Source: Thermodesulfobium acidiphilum
GTDB taxonomy: Bacteria; Thermodesulfobiota; Thermodesulfobiia; Thermodesulfobiales; Thermodesulfobiaceae
Direction: 5' to 3'
Assembly: GCF_003057965.1 (NCBI RefSeq)
Contig: NZ_CP020921.1
Location: forward strand, 124,001 to 176,099
DNA length: 52,099 nucleotides
The notes under the pieces were generated by a model that was not told where the DNA came from, did not search any database, and saw nothing but the letters and a program-made list of their open reading frames with translations. Made by a program: the position numbers and the translations under genes. This document shows positions 1-9,222 of this stretch, in pieces. Position 1 is the stretch's first letter. Each line of letters starts with the position of its first letter.

Positions 1-1
1 C

Positions 2-304
2 TTTATGATAGGTTCATCCTTAGCTGCTGCTGCTGGAGTGATGTATGGAATGTACTACGGAGTTGCAAAATTTGATATGGGATATCTTGCTGGCTTGAAG
101 GCTTTTACGGCCGCTGTGCTTGGTGGGATAGGTAACATACCTGGCGCTATGCTTGGTGGCTTTTGTCTTGGTATTATAGAGAGCTTTGGTGCTGGTTATA
201 TTTCTTCTGAATATAAAGATATGTTTGCTTTTCTTATGCTTTTATTCATCTTGCTACTTAGACCTTCTGGTCTCTTAGGCCAGCAGGTACCAGATAAAGT
301 ATGA
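2..304 (+). CDS. livH: Branched-chain amino acid ABC transporter permease (5'-truncated by window)
   Basis: GLKAFTAAVLGGIGNIPGAMLGG and RPSGLLG motifs; lies upstream of livM/G/F. Confidence 0.92.
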   Translation, partial: FMIGSSLAAAAGVMYGMYYGVAKFDMGYLAGLKAFTAAVLGGIGNIPGAMLGGFCLGIIESFGAGYISSEYKDMFAFLMLLFILLLRPSGLLGQQVPDKV

Positions 305-1323
305 TGAACATCAGATTTAGAAGAAGGATTAAAAACGTCGCAAGATTTTGGAACAACCTGGATATGCGCCTTAAGTGGGGTATACTTTTTGTGATTGCTA
401 TTGTTTATCCATTTCTTGCTTCGTCTCAATATTATGTTCACATTATGAATCTTGCTTTTATCTATGTGGTCCTGTCTTTGGGGCTAAACATCGTATGCGG
501 TTTGGCAGGGCTTTTAGATTTAGGATTTATAGCCTTTTATGCTGTAGGAGCTTATACCTATGCAATTTTATCAATTAAGCTTGGCTTAAGCTTTTGGGAA
601 ATATTGCCGATTGCCTGTTTAACAACAGCTCTTTTTGGGCTCTTAGTTGGTTCTGCTGCTTTCAGGCTCAGAGGCGACTACTTTGCAATTGTTACTATGG
701 GATACGGTGAAATAATTAGAATTCTTGCAAATAACCTTACTTTCCTGACAAATGGCCCAATAGGAATAGCGGGTATCCCCAGGCCAACTCTCTTTGGTTT
801 CAAATTTGAAGACCCGTTTCAGTATTATTTTCTTGCACTTTCTTTTGTTGCTATTTCAATATTCTTAACCTATAGGTTTCAGGCATCAAGGATAGGGAGA
901 GCTCTCGAAGCTATAAGAGAGGATGAAATTGCAGCTGTTTCTATGGGTGTAAACCTTAAAAATTTTAAATTAATCTCTTTTATAATAGGGGCAATGCTGG
1001 GCGGCTCTATAGGAGTCTTTTTCGCAAGCTATGCTACTTTTGTATCTCCTGAGAGCTTTAGCTTTATGGAATCAGTTATGGTTCTTGCTATGGTGGTAAT
1101 CGGAGGTATGGGCACTATAGAGGGTCCAGTAATAGGCGCTCTTATTCTTGTCTTTTTGCCTGAGGCCCTGAGGAGCCTCTCTGATTACAGGATGCTTATA
1201 TTTGGCGCTCTTATGGTATTTATGATGATCGTAATGCCAAAGGGCTTTATGGGGTGGATAAAGCCAAGGAGAATTTTAAAGGTTGCAGAGGAGGAAAATT
1301 CTTTTGTTACTAGAGATTTCTAA
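301..1323 (+). CDS. livM: Branched-chain amino acid ABC transporter permease
   Basis: GLAGLLDLGFIAFYAVGAY, LRGDYFAIVTMG, GRALEAIREDEIAA motifs. Confidence 0.93.
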   Translation: MMNIRFRRRIKNVARFWNNLDMRLKWGILFVIAIVYPFLASSQYYVHIMNLAFIYVVLSLGLNIVCGLAGLLDLGFIAFYAVGAYTYAILSIKLGLSFWEILPIACLTTALFGLLVGSAAFRLRGDYFAIVTMGYGEIIRILANNLTFLTNGPIGIAGIPRPTLFGFKFEDPFQYYFLALSFVAISIFLTYRFQASRIGRALEAIREDEIAAVSMGVNLKNFKLISFIIGAMLGGSIGVFFASYATFVSPESFSFMESVMVLAMVVIGGMGTIEGPVIGALILVFLPEALRSLSDYRMLIFGALMVFMMIVMPKGFMGWIKPRRILKVAEEENSFVTRDF

Positions 1324-2086
1324 TGTTACCAAACAATTTGGAGGGCTTATAGCTGTAAATGACGTTTCTATGGAAGTTAATGAGGGGGAGATAGTTTCTG
1401 TTATAGGGCCTAATGGTGCCGGTAAGACAACGCTCTTTAACTGTGTTACAGGTGTGTATACACCAGAGAAGGGGAAGATCCTCTATAAAAAGGATGGGGT
1501 GGTAAGAAATATTGTAGGAATTCCTGCTCACAAGATTGCATATCTTGGCATATCAAGAACTTTTCAAAACATCAGGCTTTTTAAAAATATGACAGTTCTT
1601 GAAAATGTACTTGTTGGCAGACATTCAAAATTGAAGTCTAAAGTGTGGGAAATACTTTTGACCCTGCCTGCTTTTATAAGAGAAGAGAAGGAAAGCGTAA
1701 GACTTGCAAGAAACCTATTAGATTTTGTGGGTTTGTTAAATAGAGAATCGGAGATCTCAGTAAACTTGCCATATGGACTTCAAAGAAAGCTTGAGATAGC
1801 AAGAGCTTTAGCATCTGAACCGAAGATACTTTTACTTGATGAGCCTGCTGCAGGAATGAATCCGTCAGAGACTGAAGAACTTATAAGGTTAATTAAAAAG
1901 ATTAGAGAAATGGGGGTAACCATAATTCTAATAGAACATGATATGTCTCTTGTTATGAGACTCTCAGAAAAGATTATTGTATTAGATTTTGGGCAAAAGA
2001 TTGCTGAGGGAAGCCCTGTAGAAATTAGAAATAACCCAAAGGTAATAGAAGCATATTTAGGGAAAGAGGAAGCAGAAATTGCTTAA
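1304..2086 (+). CDS. livG: Branched-chain amino acid ABC transporter ATP-binding protein
   Basis: Walker A GPNGAGKTT, LLLDEPAAGMN, IEHDM; start moved to TTG 1304 behind SD AGGAGG (1289-1294). Confidence 0.92.
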   Translation: MLLEISNVTKQFGGLIAVNDVSMEVNEGEIVSVIGPNGAGKTTLFNCVTGVYTPEKGKILYKKDGVVRNIVGIPAHKIAYLGISRTFQNIRLFKNMTVLENVLVGRHSKLKSKVWEILLTLPAFIREEKESVRLARNLLDFVGLLNRESEISVNLPYGLQRKLEIARALASEPKILLLDEPAAGMNPSETEELIRLIKKIREMGVTIILIEHDMSLVMRLSEKIIVLDFGQKIAEGSPVEIRNNPKVIEAYLGKEEAEIA

Positions 2087-2786
2087 AGTAAACAATATAG
2101 TTTTAAGATATGGTGGAATACTGGCTTTGAAGGGGGTATCCTTGGAAGTAAATAAAGGGGAGATAGTAGCCTTGATAGGAGCTAATGGGGCAGGAAAGAC
2201 TTCTGTTTTAAAAGCTATTATGGCAGTTGAAAAGGTTTCAAGCGGCGAGGTATATTTGGATAATGTTCTTCTGACAGGACTATCAACTGACAGGATAGTT
2301 AGTATGGGGTTGTGTCTTGTTCCTGAGGGCAGGAGGATTTTTACTAGAATGAGCGTTCATGAGAATCTCTTAATGGGTGCCTTTCTTAGAAAAGATAAAA
2401 AGGGTATTCAGGATGATATAGAAAAAGTTTTAGCGCTGTTTCCCAGATTAAAGGAGAGGTTAAATCAAAAAGCTGGGACACTGTCGGGGGGAGAACAACA
2501 GATGCTTGCAATTGCAAGAGGGATGATGTCGAGGCCAAAATATCTATTTTTAGATGAACCATCTCTTGGTCTTGCGCCGGTTCTGGTTGACGAAATTTTT
2601 AAGATTATAAAGGAAATTAACGAATCAGGAACAAGCCTTTTAATAGTTGAACAAAATGCAGTAAAAGCACTAAAAATAGCAAATAGAGGATATGTTATCG
2701 AGACGGGAAACATTACTATTTCTGGAACTTCTGAAGAACTTTTAAATTCTGAACACGTAAGAGCAGCCTATCTTGGAGGATATTAA
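2079..2786 (+). CDS. livF: Branched-chain amino acid ABC transporter ATP-binding protein
   Basis: GANGAGKTS, LSGGEQQMLAIAR, LDEPSLGLAP. Confidence 0.94.
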   Translation: MLKVNNIVLRYGGILALKGVSLEVNKGEIVALIGANGAGKTSVLKAIMAVEKVSSGEVYLDNVLLTGLSTDRIVSMGLCLVPEGRRIFTRMSVHENLLMGAFLRKDKKGIQDDIEKVLALFPRLKERLNQKAGTLSGGEQQMLAIARGMMSRPKYLFLDEPSLGLAPVLVDEIFKIIKEINESGTSLLIVEQNAVKALKIANRGYVIETGNITISGTSEELLNSEHVRAAYLGGY

Positions 2787-2815
2787 AAAAGCCGCGATTA
2801 ACTCGCGGCTTTTTT
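2785..2815. terminator. Bidirectional rho-independent terminator
   Basis: AAAAAAGCCGCGA-ttaac-TCGCGGCTTTTTT between convergent livF and dfx. Confidence 0.9.
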
Positions 2816-2832
2816 ATAAAAAACAAGCAGTA

Positions 2833-3225
2833 TTATCCTTCGCTTTTCCAAAGGCCGTGAAGGTTGCAATACTCTCTTGCCATAAGGCTTTTTGGTTCTG
2901 TTGGTAATGAGAAGGTGGCTTCTGGTTTATCGTTGAAGCTAAGTCTTTTTATCAGAACATATGAGTCGTCAACGTGAAGCTCTATCCACTCGATCCAGTG
3001 GCTACTGGTCATTGGGTGAGGAGTAGAACCTACTTTTACCAAAACTTCTTTTCCTTTTCTTTCTATAACAGGAACGTGCTTTTCAACCGCAGCATCGACG
3101 GTATTCTCTTCCATAAGCTTCATTGGATTTCCACAGCAAACGAGCTGGCCCACTCCAGAGTGAAGAACCATAACTATATTGCCGCAAGTTTCACACTTAT
3201 AAATTTGCAAAACTTCTGTAGCCAT
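2833..3225 (-). CDS. dfx: Desulfoferrodoxin (2Fe superoxide reductase)
   Basis: YKCETCGN...LVCCG desulforedoxin domain, EKHVP, HPM..SHWIEWI, CNLHGLW; ATG 3225 follows SD AGGAGGT. Confidence 0.93.
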   Translation of the reverse strand: MATEVLQIYKCETCGNIVMVLHSGVGQLVCCGNPMKLMEENTVDAAVEKHVPVIERKGKEVLVKVGSTPHPMTSSHWIEWIELHVDDSYVLIKRLSFNDKPEATFSLPTEPKSLMAREYCNLHGLWKSEG

Positions 3226-3285
3226 TAAATACACCTCCTAAGTAATAATTAGTATTATTATAACAAATATACTAAAAAAAGTGTT

Positions 3286-3717
3286 TTAATAAATCAAATA
3301 AACAAATTTTACTAAGTTAGACTTTTCTTTTGAAATATCTTGCCATATGGATTCTAATTTGCTTTCTTTTTCTTTTTCTTTATTTAAAAGACTTATTGCT
3401 ATTGTTAAGTTTTCTTTATTATTTAATATTTCAATTCCCTTAACGCTGTTACCAAAGATTTTCCATATCTTTCTGCCAACAGTTTGAAGCATTTCAAGGA
3501 GTTCATTTTCTACTATAAAATTACTAACTAAGGCCCTTTCCTTTTCTATGGTGTATCCTGAAAATCCTAAAACTTCTAGGACCTTACCGTGATCTTTTGA
3601 GATTTGATAATTTTCAAATAGATCCTTTTCAAGCCCTAGTTTTTTTATAAGTCTTATTACTAGTTCTTCTAGTTCTTGAACCCTTAACTTTAGTATTTCA
3701 ACTTCTCTTTCACTCAA
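3286..3717 (-). CDS. Hypothetical protein
   Basis: 143-aa ORF, TTG start 7 nt after AAGGAG; no motif recognised. Confidence 0.7.
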   Translation of the reverse strand: MSEREVEILKLRVQELEELVIRLIKKLGLEKDLFENYQISKDHGKVLEVLGFSGYTIEKERALVSNFIVENELLEMLQTVGRKIWKIFGNSVKGIEILNNKENLTIAISLLNKEKEKESKLESIWQDISKEKSNLVKFVYLIY

Positions 3718-3742
3718 TTTCTTTCTCCTTTTACTGTACTGA

Positions 3743-5197
3743 TTACTTTATAATTTTATATATTTTTAAAAGTTTATTTGTATTAACAAACAAAACTCTA
3801 TCCTTTTCAGCGCTGTCCAATAAAGCCTCTAATTGTTTTTTGCCTAAATATGAATGGAAGAAAAATGAAACCACCCCTCTTGAAAAGGCTCTATGTTTCT
3901 TAAGTTCATTATAAACTGTTTTTTGGGTGAAGTTATATCCATCATACCCAAAGTCTTCTGGTATCCAGTAAAGCCCCATATAAGTAGAGGGATATATTAA
4001 CATTTGGTGAACTATTAATGGATTGTTGAATTGAATTTCATCTACCAGAAGAACTCTTTCGTAAATCGTTTTTATACCCTCGTCTTTGAGCGCTTTATAG
4101 AGAATAGGAGGTGCCATATAATGAGGGGTTTCCCATCCGTCAATTTTAAGTCCTGCTTTCTCTATTATACTTTTAGCTTCTCTAATTCTATTTTCGAGCT
4201 GTTCAAGCGTAATTCTCTCTGGAAATGGTTTTTGGGTTCTAGGATTGAAAAATTCGTATCCTACAGCAGTTACTCCAGAAAATTGGTGTGTGAGACCATG
4301 AATAAATATCTGGGCACCATGAGATTGAGCGTTCTTTAAAATTTCTATGAGTTTTGGATCGTCAGTTAGTTTTATGTTAATTTTTTTTGCTGGGTTTACA
4401 AATATTGGTATTACGCCAATAGAAAAATGAATCTCCCTTTTTTCAAGAAGTTCTATTACTGCTTCTAACTTTTTAATATCATACATTGGATGAATATCTT
4501 CTAATCTGATGAGCCCTAAGGGTCTTGGCTCTTCTGAAACTCCCAGAAATCTCGCTAGAGCGTCACAAAGCGCCATATATCTTTTTCTATCAGGCCCTAA
4601 AAAAGGATGAGAAGTCATAAAGAATAGATTCTTTGATCTTAAAAGTATAGGTGCTACAGAACCCAAATTGTTTTCTGCTGCAATCATAACTTCAGATTCC
4701 TCTGGATTTATGGATGTTACGAAAAAAGGCTGCGTCTTAAAAACGAAACCTCTATATAAAACTTTGTCGAAATCAGATTTATTCTTTGAATATCGAAATC
4801 CTACTTTGTTTTTTCCGTAGCCCTTAAGTAGAACTTCTTCATTTGAACCGATCCACCATGTAATTTCTTTGCCCGACTTTGCTCTCCAGACAATTGGTTC
4901 TGGTACAAACTGCATCGCCCTTGTACCCTCGTAAAAGAGCATTTCAGGATCTTTTGCTACATAAGGTGAATTTATACTAAATCTTTCTGCTTTGATATTT
5001 CTAACGCCTAACAAGTTTTCAATCCATCTGGATTGCATCTGGCCTATACTCGAATACCAAACCCTCTTTTGATCACAAAATATCAAAGCTTTTATATTTT
5101 TGTTTGTATCAAAATGAATATACGCGATCGATATCGATAATATTAATAAAAAAGTGCCCAGCAGTTTATCTAACGATAAATACTGAGCATTTTGCAT
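3743..5197 (-). CDS. Exported DUF2334-type polysaccharide deacetylase
   Basis: N-terminal hydrophobic anchor; LIRLEDIHP, FSIGVIP, IHGLTHQ, WETPHY, SFFFH; start uncertain. Confidence 0.75.
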   Translation of the reverse strand: MQNAQYLSLDKLLGTFLLILSISIAYIHFDTNKNIKALIFCDQKRVWYSSIGQMQSRWIENLLGVRNIKAERFSINSPYVAKDPEMLFYEGTRAMQFVPEPIVWRAKSGKEITWWIGSNEEVLLKGYGKNKVGFRYSKNKSDFDKVLYRGFVFKTQPFFVTSINPEESEVMIAAENNLGSVAPILLRSKNLFFMTSHPFLGPDRKRYMALCDALARFLGVSEEPRPLGLIRLEDIHPMYDIKKLEAVIELLEKREIHFSIGVIPIFVNPAKKINIKLTDDPKLIEILKNAQSHGAQIFIHGLTHQFSGVTAVGYEFFNPRTQKPFPERITLEQLENRIREAKSIIEKAGLKIDGWETPHYMAPPILYKALKDEGIKTIYERVLLVDEIQFNNPLIVHQMLIYPSTYMGLYWIPEDFGYDGYNFTQKTVYNELKKHRAFSRGVVSFFFHSYLGKKQLEALLDSAEKDRVLFVNTNKLLKIYKIIK

Positions 5198-5603
5198 GAT
5201 GGCTGATCTTATCCGATACGCTCCCCATTAAAAATCCTTCAAATTCATTTAACCCTCTGCTGCCCAGGACTACGAGATCAAAGTTTTCACTTTTTATTCT
5301 TTCAAGGATCATGTTTGCAGCATTTGCTATGTCCATAAATATAGAAATGTCTTTTATTCCATTATTCTCTAGATATTTTCTGGCGTCTTCGATTATTTTT
5401 TTACCATTTTTTTCAAGATCTTCTATCATTTGCGGCATAAAAGCTACTTCTGCTCCCATCAGATCTGGAAGCATAGGCGGCATACATATAGCATGGCAGA
5501 TTTCAACTGAGCTATCAAAGGCTTTTGCAAGAGCAATTGTGGTGTCAAGGACCTTTTGGGTATGTACTGAACCGTCAATTGCAGCAAGAATTTTTTTATA
5601 CAT
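5166..5603 (-). CDS. Universal stress protein
   Basis: MYKKILAAIDGS, DLVVLGSRG, GSVSDKISHHAKCSV; start set to ATG 5603. Confidence 0.92.
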   Translation of the reverse strand: MYKKILAAIDGSVHTQKVLDTTIALAKAFDSSVEICHAICMPPMLPDLMGAEVAFMPQMIEDLEKNGKKIIEDARKYLENNGIKDISIFMDIANAANMILERIKSENFDLVVLGSRGLNEFEGFLMGSVSDKISHHAKCSVFIVR

Positions 5604-5607
5604 TGCC

Positions 5608-5931
5608 CTATTCGTGAACGTGTTCATGTGGGTGGGTATGTGGATGAGTGTGAACGCTTCCATCGCTATGAACGTGTTCATGAGTATGAACATTTTCTAC
5701 GGTAAAGGTGCCTTCCTGATATAAACTTTCCTGTGCCCTTTCCAGCGCTGCTGTTACTAATTTTAGATGCTCAACTGCTTCATCCAGGCCCTTTTCCATA
5801 CCATCAAAACCAAGCATACTTCCCATCATCTGCCAGCGAGCTATCTCTTCTCTAAGAAGTTGCACCCTATTTATCAGGTGTTTGCCTTCAATCTTCATTA
5901 CTGTCATATAGGACTCATTATTCGAACACAT
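5608..5931 (-). CDS. Small helical protein with His-rich C-terminal tail (putative metal-binding)
   Basis: SD AAGGAGG; C-terminal HTHEHVHSDGSVHTHPHTHPHEHVHE. Confidence 0.8.
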   Translation of the reverse strand: MCSNNESYMTVMKIEGKHLINRVQLLREEIARWQMMGSMLGFDGMEKGLDEAVEHLKLVTAALERAQESLYQEGTFTVENVHTHEHVHSDGSVHTHPHTHPHEHVHE

Positions 5932-6018
5932 AATAAACCTCCTTAAATAATTTTAATTAATAGTATAACAAAATTTAACTGGAAAATCTCATTCTAGTTC
6001 GATTGATAAAGTTATTTC

Positions 6019-6366
6019 TTATGCCTTTATATATTGATACCCTGCTTTAGATAGATTTACCATTTCTACAATGCCTGATGGGACTATTTTTACGAATTCA
6101 AGTACGTTATCTAAAGGAGTGTGTGTTTCTCTCAGTGCGTTTTGTGAAACCATAAACTTTACTCCTTTTTTGTGTAGGTTAATCATTTCATCTTTTAGAG
6201 AATTTTCTCTATCCTTTGTAAATAGCTTGACTCCATCGCCGTTTGCAATAAATACAATCTGTACTCCATCATCCTTATAAGTTTCCAACAAATTTTTTGC
6301 GCTGAAGAATGCCTTGGAAAGCTTAACGCTATCGTCAGTATCAATGTGTATTACTACGCTGTTCAT
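6019..6366 (-). CDS. DsrE/DsrF-like family protein
   Basis: VVIHID, NLL, FIANGDGV, GVKFMVSQNAL, VPSGIVEMV, GYQYIK pattern. Confidence 0.8.
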   Translation of the reverse strand: MNSVVIHIDTDDSVKLSKAFFSAKNLLETYKDDGVQIVFIANGDGVKLFTKDRENSLKDEMINLHKKGVKFMVSQNALRETHTPLDNVLEFVKIVPSGIVEMVNLSKAGYQYIKA

Positions 6367-6449
6367 AAATATTTACCCCCTTATTATATAAGTTATTTTT
6401 ATTATACAATAAAACAGAATTTTGAGTATAGATAAAGCTTTTTAAAAGC

Positions 6450-6476
6450 AAAAAAACCCCCGATTTCTCGGGGGTT
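6450..6476 (-). terminator. Rho-independent terminator of SLH-porin gene
   Basis: AACCCCCGA/TCGGGGGTT-type GC stem followed on the minus strand by a T tract. Confidence 0.85.
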
Positions 6477-6489
6477 AAAAAAAGCTTTT

Positions 6490-8097
6490 TTAAAACTTTA
6501 CGTCCATCTGGATGTAGTATCTTTGATCCTTGTCAATCTGATCTGGGTTAAAGGTATAGTAATAGCCGTTAATGGTGTTATATGGCTTCTTGCCCTTCCA
6601 GTAGTCATAGTTAAGGGTAAGAGATGCGTTCTTTGCGACCGGGAGCGTGTAGTATACGTTGTAGTAGTCCTTATACTCTGTGGAACCCATTGTGTTAAGT
6701 ATGAATGGGTTAAACCACTTGTTGTCGCCAAACCAGAAGTCTCCTGTAAGTGCGCCAACTGGAAGAGGAATGGTAGCTCCAACTCTCCATGCGCCGCCAT
6801 TTAAAGAATGGGTGCCACTAAGATCTGGTGCACCAGTAGCTCCAACTCCTGGCATATCTGTAGATGTGCCATTGTAACCTGCCCACATATCTACGTTGTA
6901 GATATTCCAATTACCTATGACTGCCCACCAATCATACTTGCCATAAATGCCGCTTGGTCCAGTTGTAACGTTATTATTATCGAGTGCGCCAAAATATGTT
7001 AGCTTGTCAGCATAACCATAGTCTGCTTCCAAACCAAAGTTATTAAAGAGCTTTGTCTTCAAATTTAGAACGTATACATCCTTGTCTTTGAAGCCATTTG
7101 CCTCTTGCGAAGAGGTAACCAAGCCTGCGTCAAAGAGCTTTACCCATGCTGCTGAAACTGATGTTGATGGAAGCATATTGCTAAGGTCAAATACTACAAG
7201 GCCGCCTTCTGTGCCTGTGTCCATAAACAAGTTGTTGTAATATGCTCCAGTATCCATGGTAGGAAGTCTGCCGAGAACGAATGTTACAGGATATGGGTTA
7301 AGAGTCCATGTGATGTAGGATCTCTCTACATAAAGAGTATTGCTATCATCATTGTAACCGGTAAGGGATGCATAAAGTGGGTTTGCATTGTTTCGTCCAT
7401 TGCTGTTTACTCCTGCATTCTTCTCCATAGTAAGTCTTGCATTGAAGCTGATGTTGTCAGCAACTGGCGCTGCAACGTTTAGTCTGATTCTGTAACGCAT
7501 AAAGGTATCGTTCTTTTGATCTGCTGGTGCGGGATACTGAGTGCTGATTGCTTCTCCATATACTCCAGGTGCGTAAGTATAAGTATTACCATTCAAAGTC
7601 GCTGTTCCACCACCTGAAAACAATGGCGCAACTATTGTTCCACCTGTAGGTAGTGCATAAAACGTTGCCTTTTCGCTTCCGAGTCTAAATCTTGCGTCTC
7701 CTGTGAAGTTCACAGTGTCAAGAGCTGCCTTTTTCTCGAGCGCTGCAACTCTGACGTTTAAAGATGCGAGTTCTGACTTAAACTCTTCTGCTAACTTCAT
7801 AAGCGTTGCGATGTCGTTAGCGTTAAGCTGGATCTTTTGATCCTGTGCGTTTTGACCCTTTTCATACATATCAAGCATTCTTGCAACTACCATTGCCATC
7901 TCATAACGGGTGGCAAGTCTGTCGCCTCTAAATGTTCCATCGCCATAACCAATGACCAATCCCTTTGCTGCTAAATCTTGCACTGCCTTGTATGCCCAAG
8001 AATTAGCTGGTACATCTGAGAATGGTCCTGCCATAGCGGGAACTGCAAGGGCAACGAGAAGAGATGCTACTACAAAAAACATAGCGAATTTTTTCAT
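6490..8097 (-). CDS. SLH-domain outer-membrane porin (OmpM/SomA/SlpA type)
   Basis: Signal peptide, SLH (PFSDVPANSWAY...GYGDGTFRGDRLATRYEMA), coiled coil (EFKSELASLNVRVAALEKK), amphipathic beta-strands, C-terminal Phe. Confidence 0.88.
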   Translation of the reverse strand: MKKFAMFFVVASLLVALAVPAMAGPFSDVPANSWAYKAVQDLAAKGLVIGYGDGTFRGDRLATRYEMAMVVARMLDMYEKGQNAQDQKIQLNANDIATLMKLAEEFKSELASLNVRVAALEKKAALDTVNFTGDARFRLGSEKATFYALPTGGTIVAPLFSGGGTATLNGNTYTYAPGVYGEAISTQYPAPADQKNDTFMRYRIRLNVAAPVADNISFNARLTMEKNAGVNSNGRNNANPLYASLTGYNDDSNTLYVERSYITWTLNPYPVTFVLGRLPTMDTGAYYNNLFMDTGTEGGLVVFDLSNMLPSTSVSAAWVKLFDAGLVTSSQEANGFKDKDVYVLNLKTKLFNNFGLEADYGYADKLTYFGALDNNNVTTGPSGIYGKYDWWAVIGNWNIYNVDMWAGYNGTSTDMPGVGATGAPDLSGTHSLNGGAWRVGATIPLPVGALTGDFWFGDNKWFNPFILNTMGSTEYKDYYNVYYTLPVAKNASLTLNYDYWKGKKPYNTINGYYYTFNPDQIDKDQRYYIQMDVKF

Positions 8098-8339
8098 CTT
8101 TGCATTTCCCCCTTTAGGAAAGTTTAGTTTTTTTGTTTCATATATTAGCCTTCTTACAGAATCATTTCTTGCTTTCGGGGGATTTCACCTCCTTCTTTCG
8201 CAGATTGAAATCATCTGTAAAAGGCTCTTTGAAGGCTTTTAAAAAAGCCTTTCAAAGCTTTGGGAGAAGCGAAACGCTATTTAGTTGTCAAAGTTGAAAA
8301 ACTATTTCAGCAATATATTTAATTTAATTATATTTAAAT

Positions 8340-8368
8340 AGTGTATATATAATAATTTATTTTGTCAA
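8340..8368 (-). promoter_or_regulatory. Sigma70-type promoter of SLH-porin gene
   Basis: Minus strand TTGACA (8368-8363) -17 nt- TACACT (8345-8340); implies a leader of about 235 nt. Confidence 0.65.
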
Positions 8369-8598
8369 GTTTTAATCGCCGGTGCCATAGAGATTCTTCA
8401 AAAATTATTTTAAAGATTATTTGTATCAAGTTTTAATATAAATTTAGTCTTTAATTGATATAATCACTTTATGTCTAAAAATTACAAAGTAAAAGCTTTG
8501 AATTCTATAAAGATTGCTTCTAATGTTTTTCGTATAGCACTAGCTCTATTTTTTCTCTATATTATCTTTTCTCAAGGATCAAAAAAGCAACCTAACCG

Positions 8599-8632
8599 TT
8601 AACCTAATGTTAACACTTCAGTGTGTTATAAT
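8599..8632 (+). promoter_or_regulatory. Extended -10 promoter with two TTAAC repeats 11 bp apart
   Basis: TTAAC at 8599 and 8610, TGtTATAAT at 8624-8632. Confidence 0.5.
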
Positions 8633-8688
8633 CATTAAAGCTGTATTAGAGTTACATTAGACTTTTAAACAACTTTAAGGGGTGAACA

Positions 8689-9222
8689 ATTTTCCTTACT
8701 AAAAAGGGGCTTTCTGATGAAAAGGTTTTGGTATTAAATTCTTCGTTTTATCCTCTAGGAGTTAGCTCCTGGAGGAAGGGGGTGTTACTTGTTTGGAAGA
8801 AAAAAGCAGAAGTTATCGAATACAATGGTCACTTTTTAAGAGAAGATATAAGGCTTCCATGTGTGATAAAGCTCGATAGAAATATATTTTTGCCGCACAA
8901 AGACGTAGCACTAACGAGAAGAAATATAATTGCAAGGGATCAAAATACGTGTCAATACTGTGGCAAAAAGTCCTCGAATCTTACAGTAGATCACGTAATA
9001 CCAAAATCTAGAGGAGGAGAACTTTCCTGGGAAAACGTAGTGGCTGCCTGTCAGGCATGTAATCTAAAAAAGGGTAACAGAACACCTGAAGAGGCTAATA
9101 TGAAGCTTCTAAGACCCCCAAAAAAGCCAAAAATTCCGTCAAATCTCCTTGATATTGTTAGATTTGCAAAAAGCCAGTATCATGAATGGATAAAATATAT
9201 ACCTAAGAAATATTTCTCATAG
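8689..9222 (+). CDS. HNH endonuclease (McrA-like)
   Basis: KVLVLN, RDQNTCQYCG, TVDHVIPKSRGG, ACQACNLKKG; start either ATT 8689 (behind SD) or TTG 8728. Confidence 0.88.
   Translation: MFLTKKGLSDEKVLVLNSSFYPLGVSSWRKGVLLVWKKKAEVIEYNGHFLREDIRLPCVIKLDRNIFLPHKDVALTRRNIIARDQNTCQYCGKKSSNLTVDHVIPKSRGGELSWENVVAACQACNLKKGNRTPEEANMKLLRPPKKPKIPSNLLDIVRFAKSQYHEWIKYIPKKYFS

Noticed and set aside
5610-5692. Short tandem-like repeats (GAACGTGTTCATG)
   Set aside because: Explained by the repeated HEHVH codons of the His tail; not CRISPR.
8263-8291. Second TTGACA on the minus strand upstream of the porin
   Set aside because: No -10 element at a suitable spacing.
8689-9222. HNH as mobile homing endonuclease or IscB/Cas-related effector
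   Set aside because: Small stand-alone McrA-like protein with no RuvC, intron, terminal repeats or array nearby.
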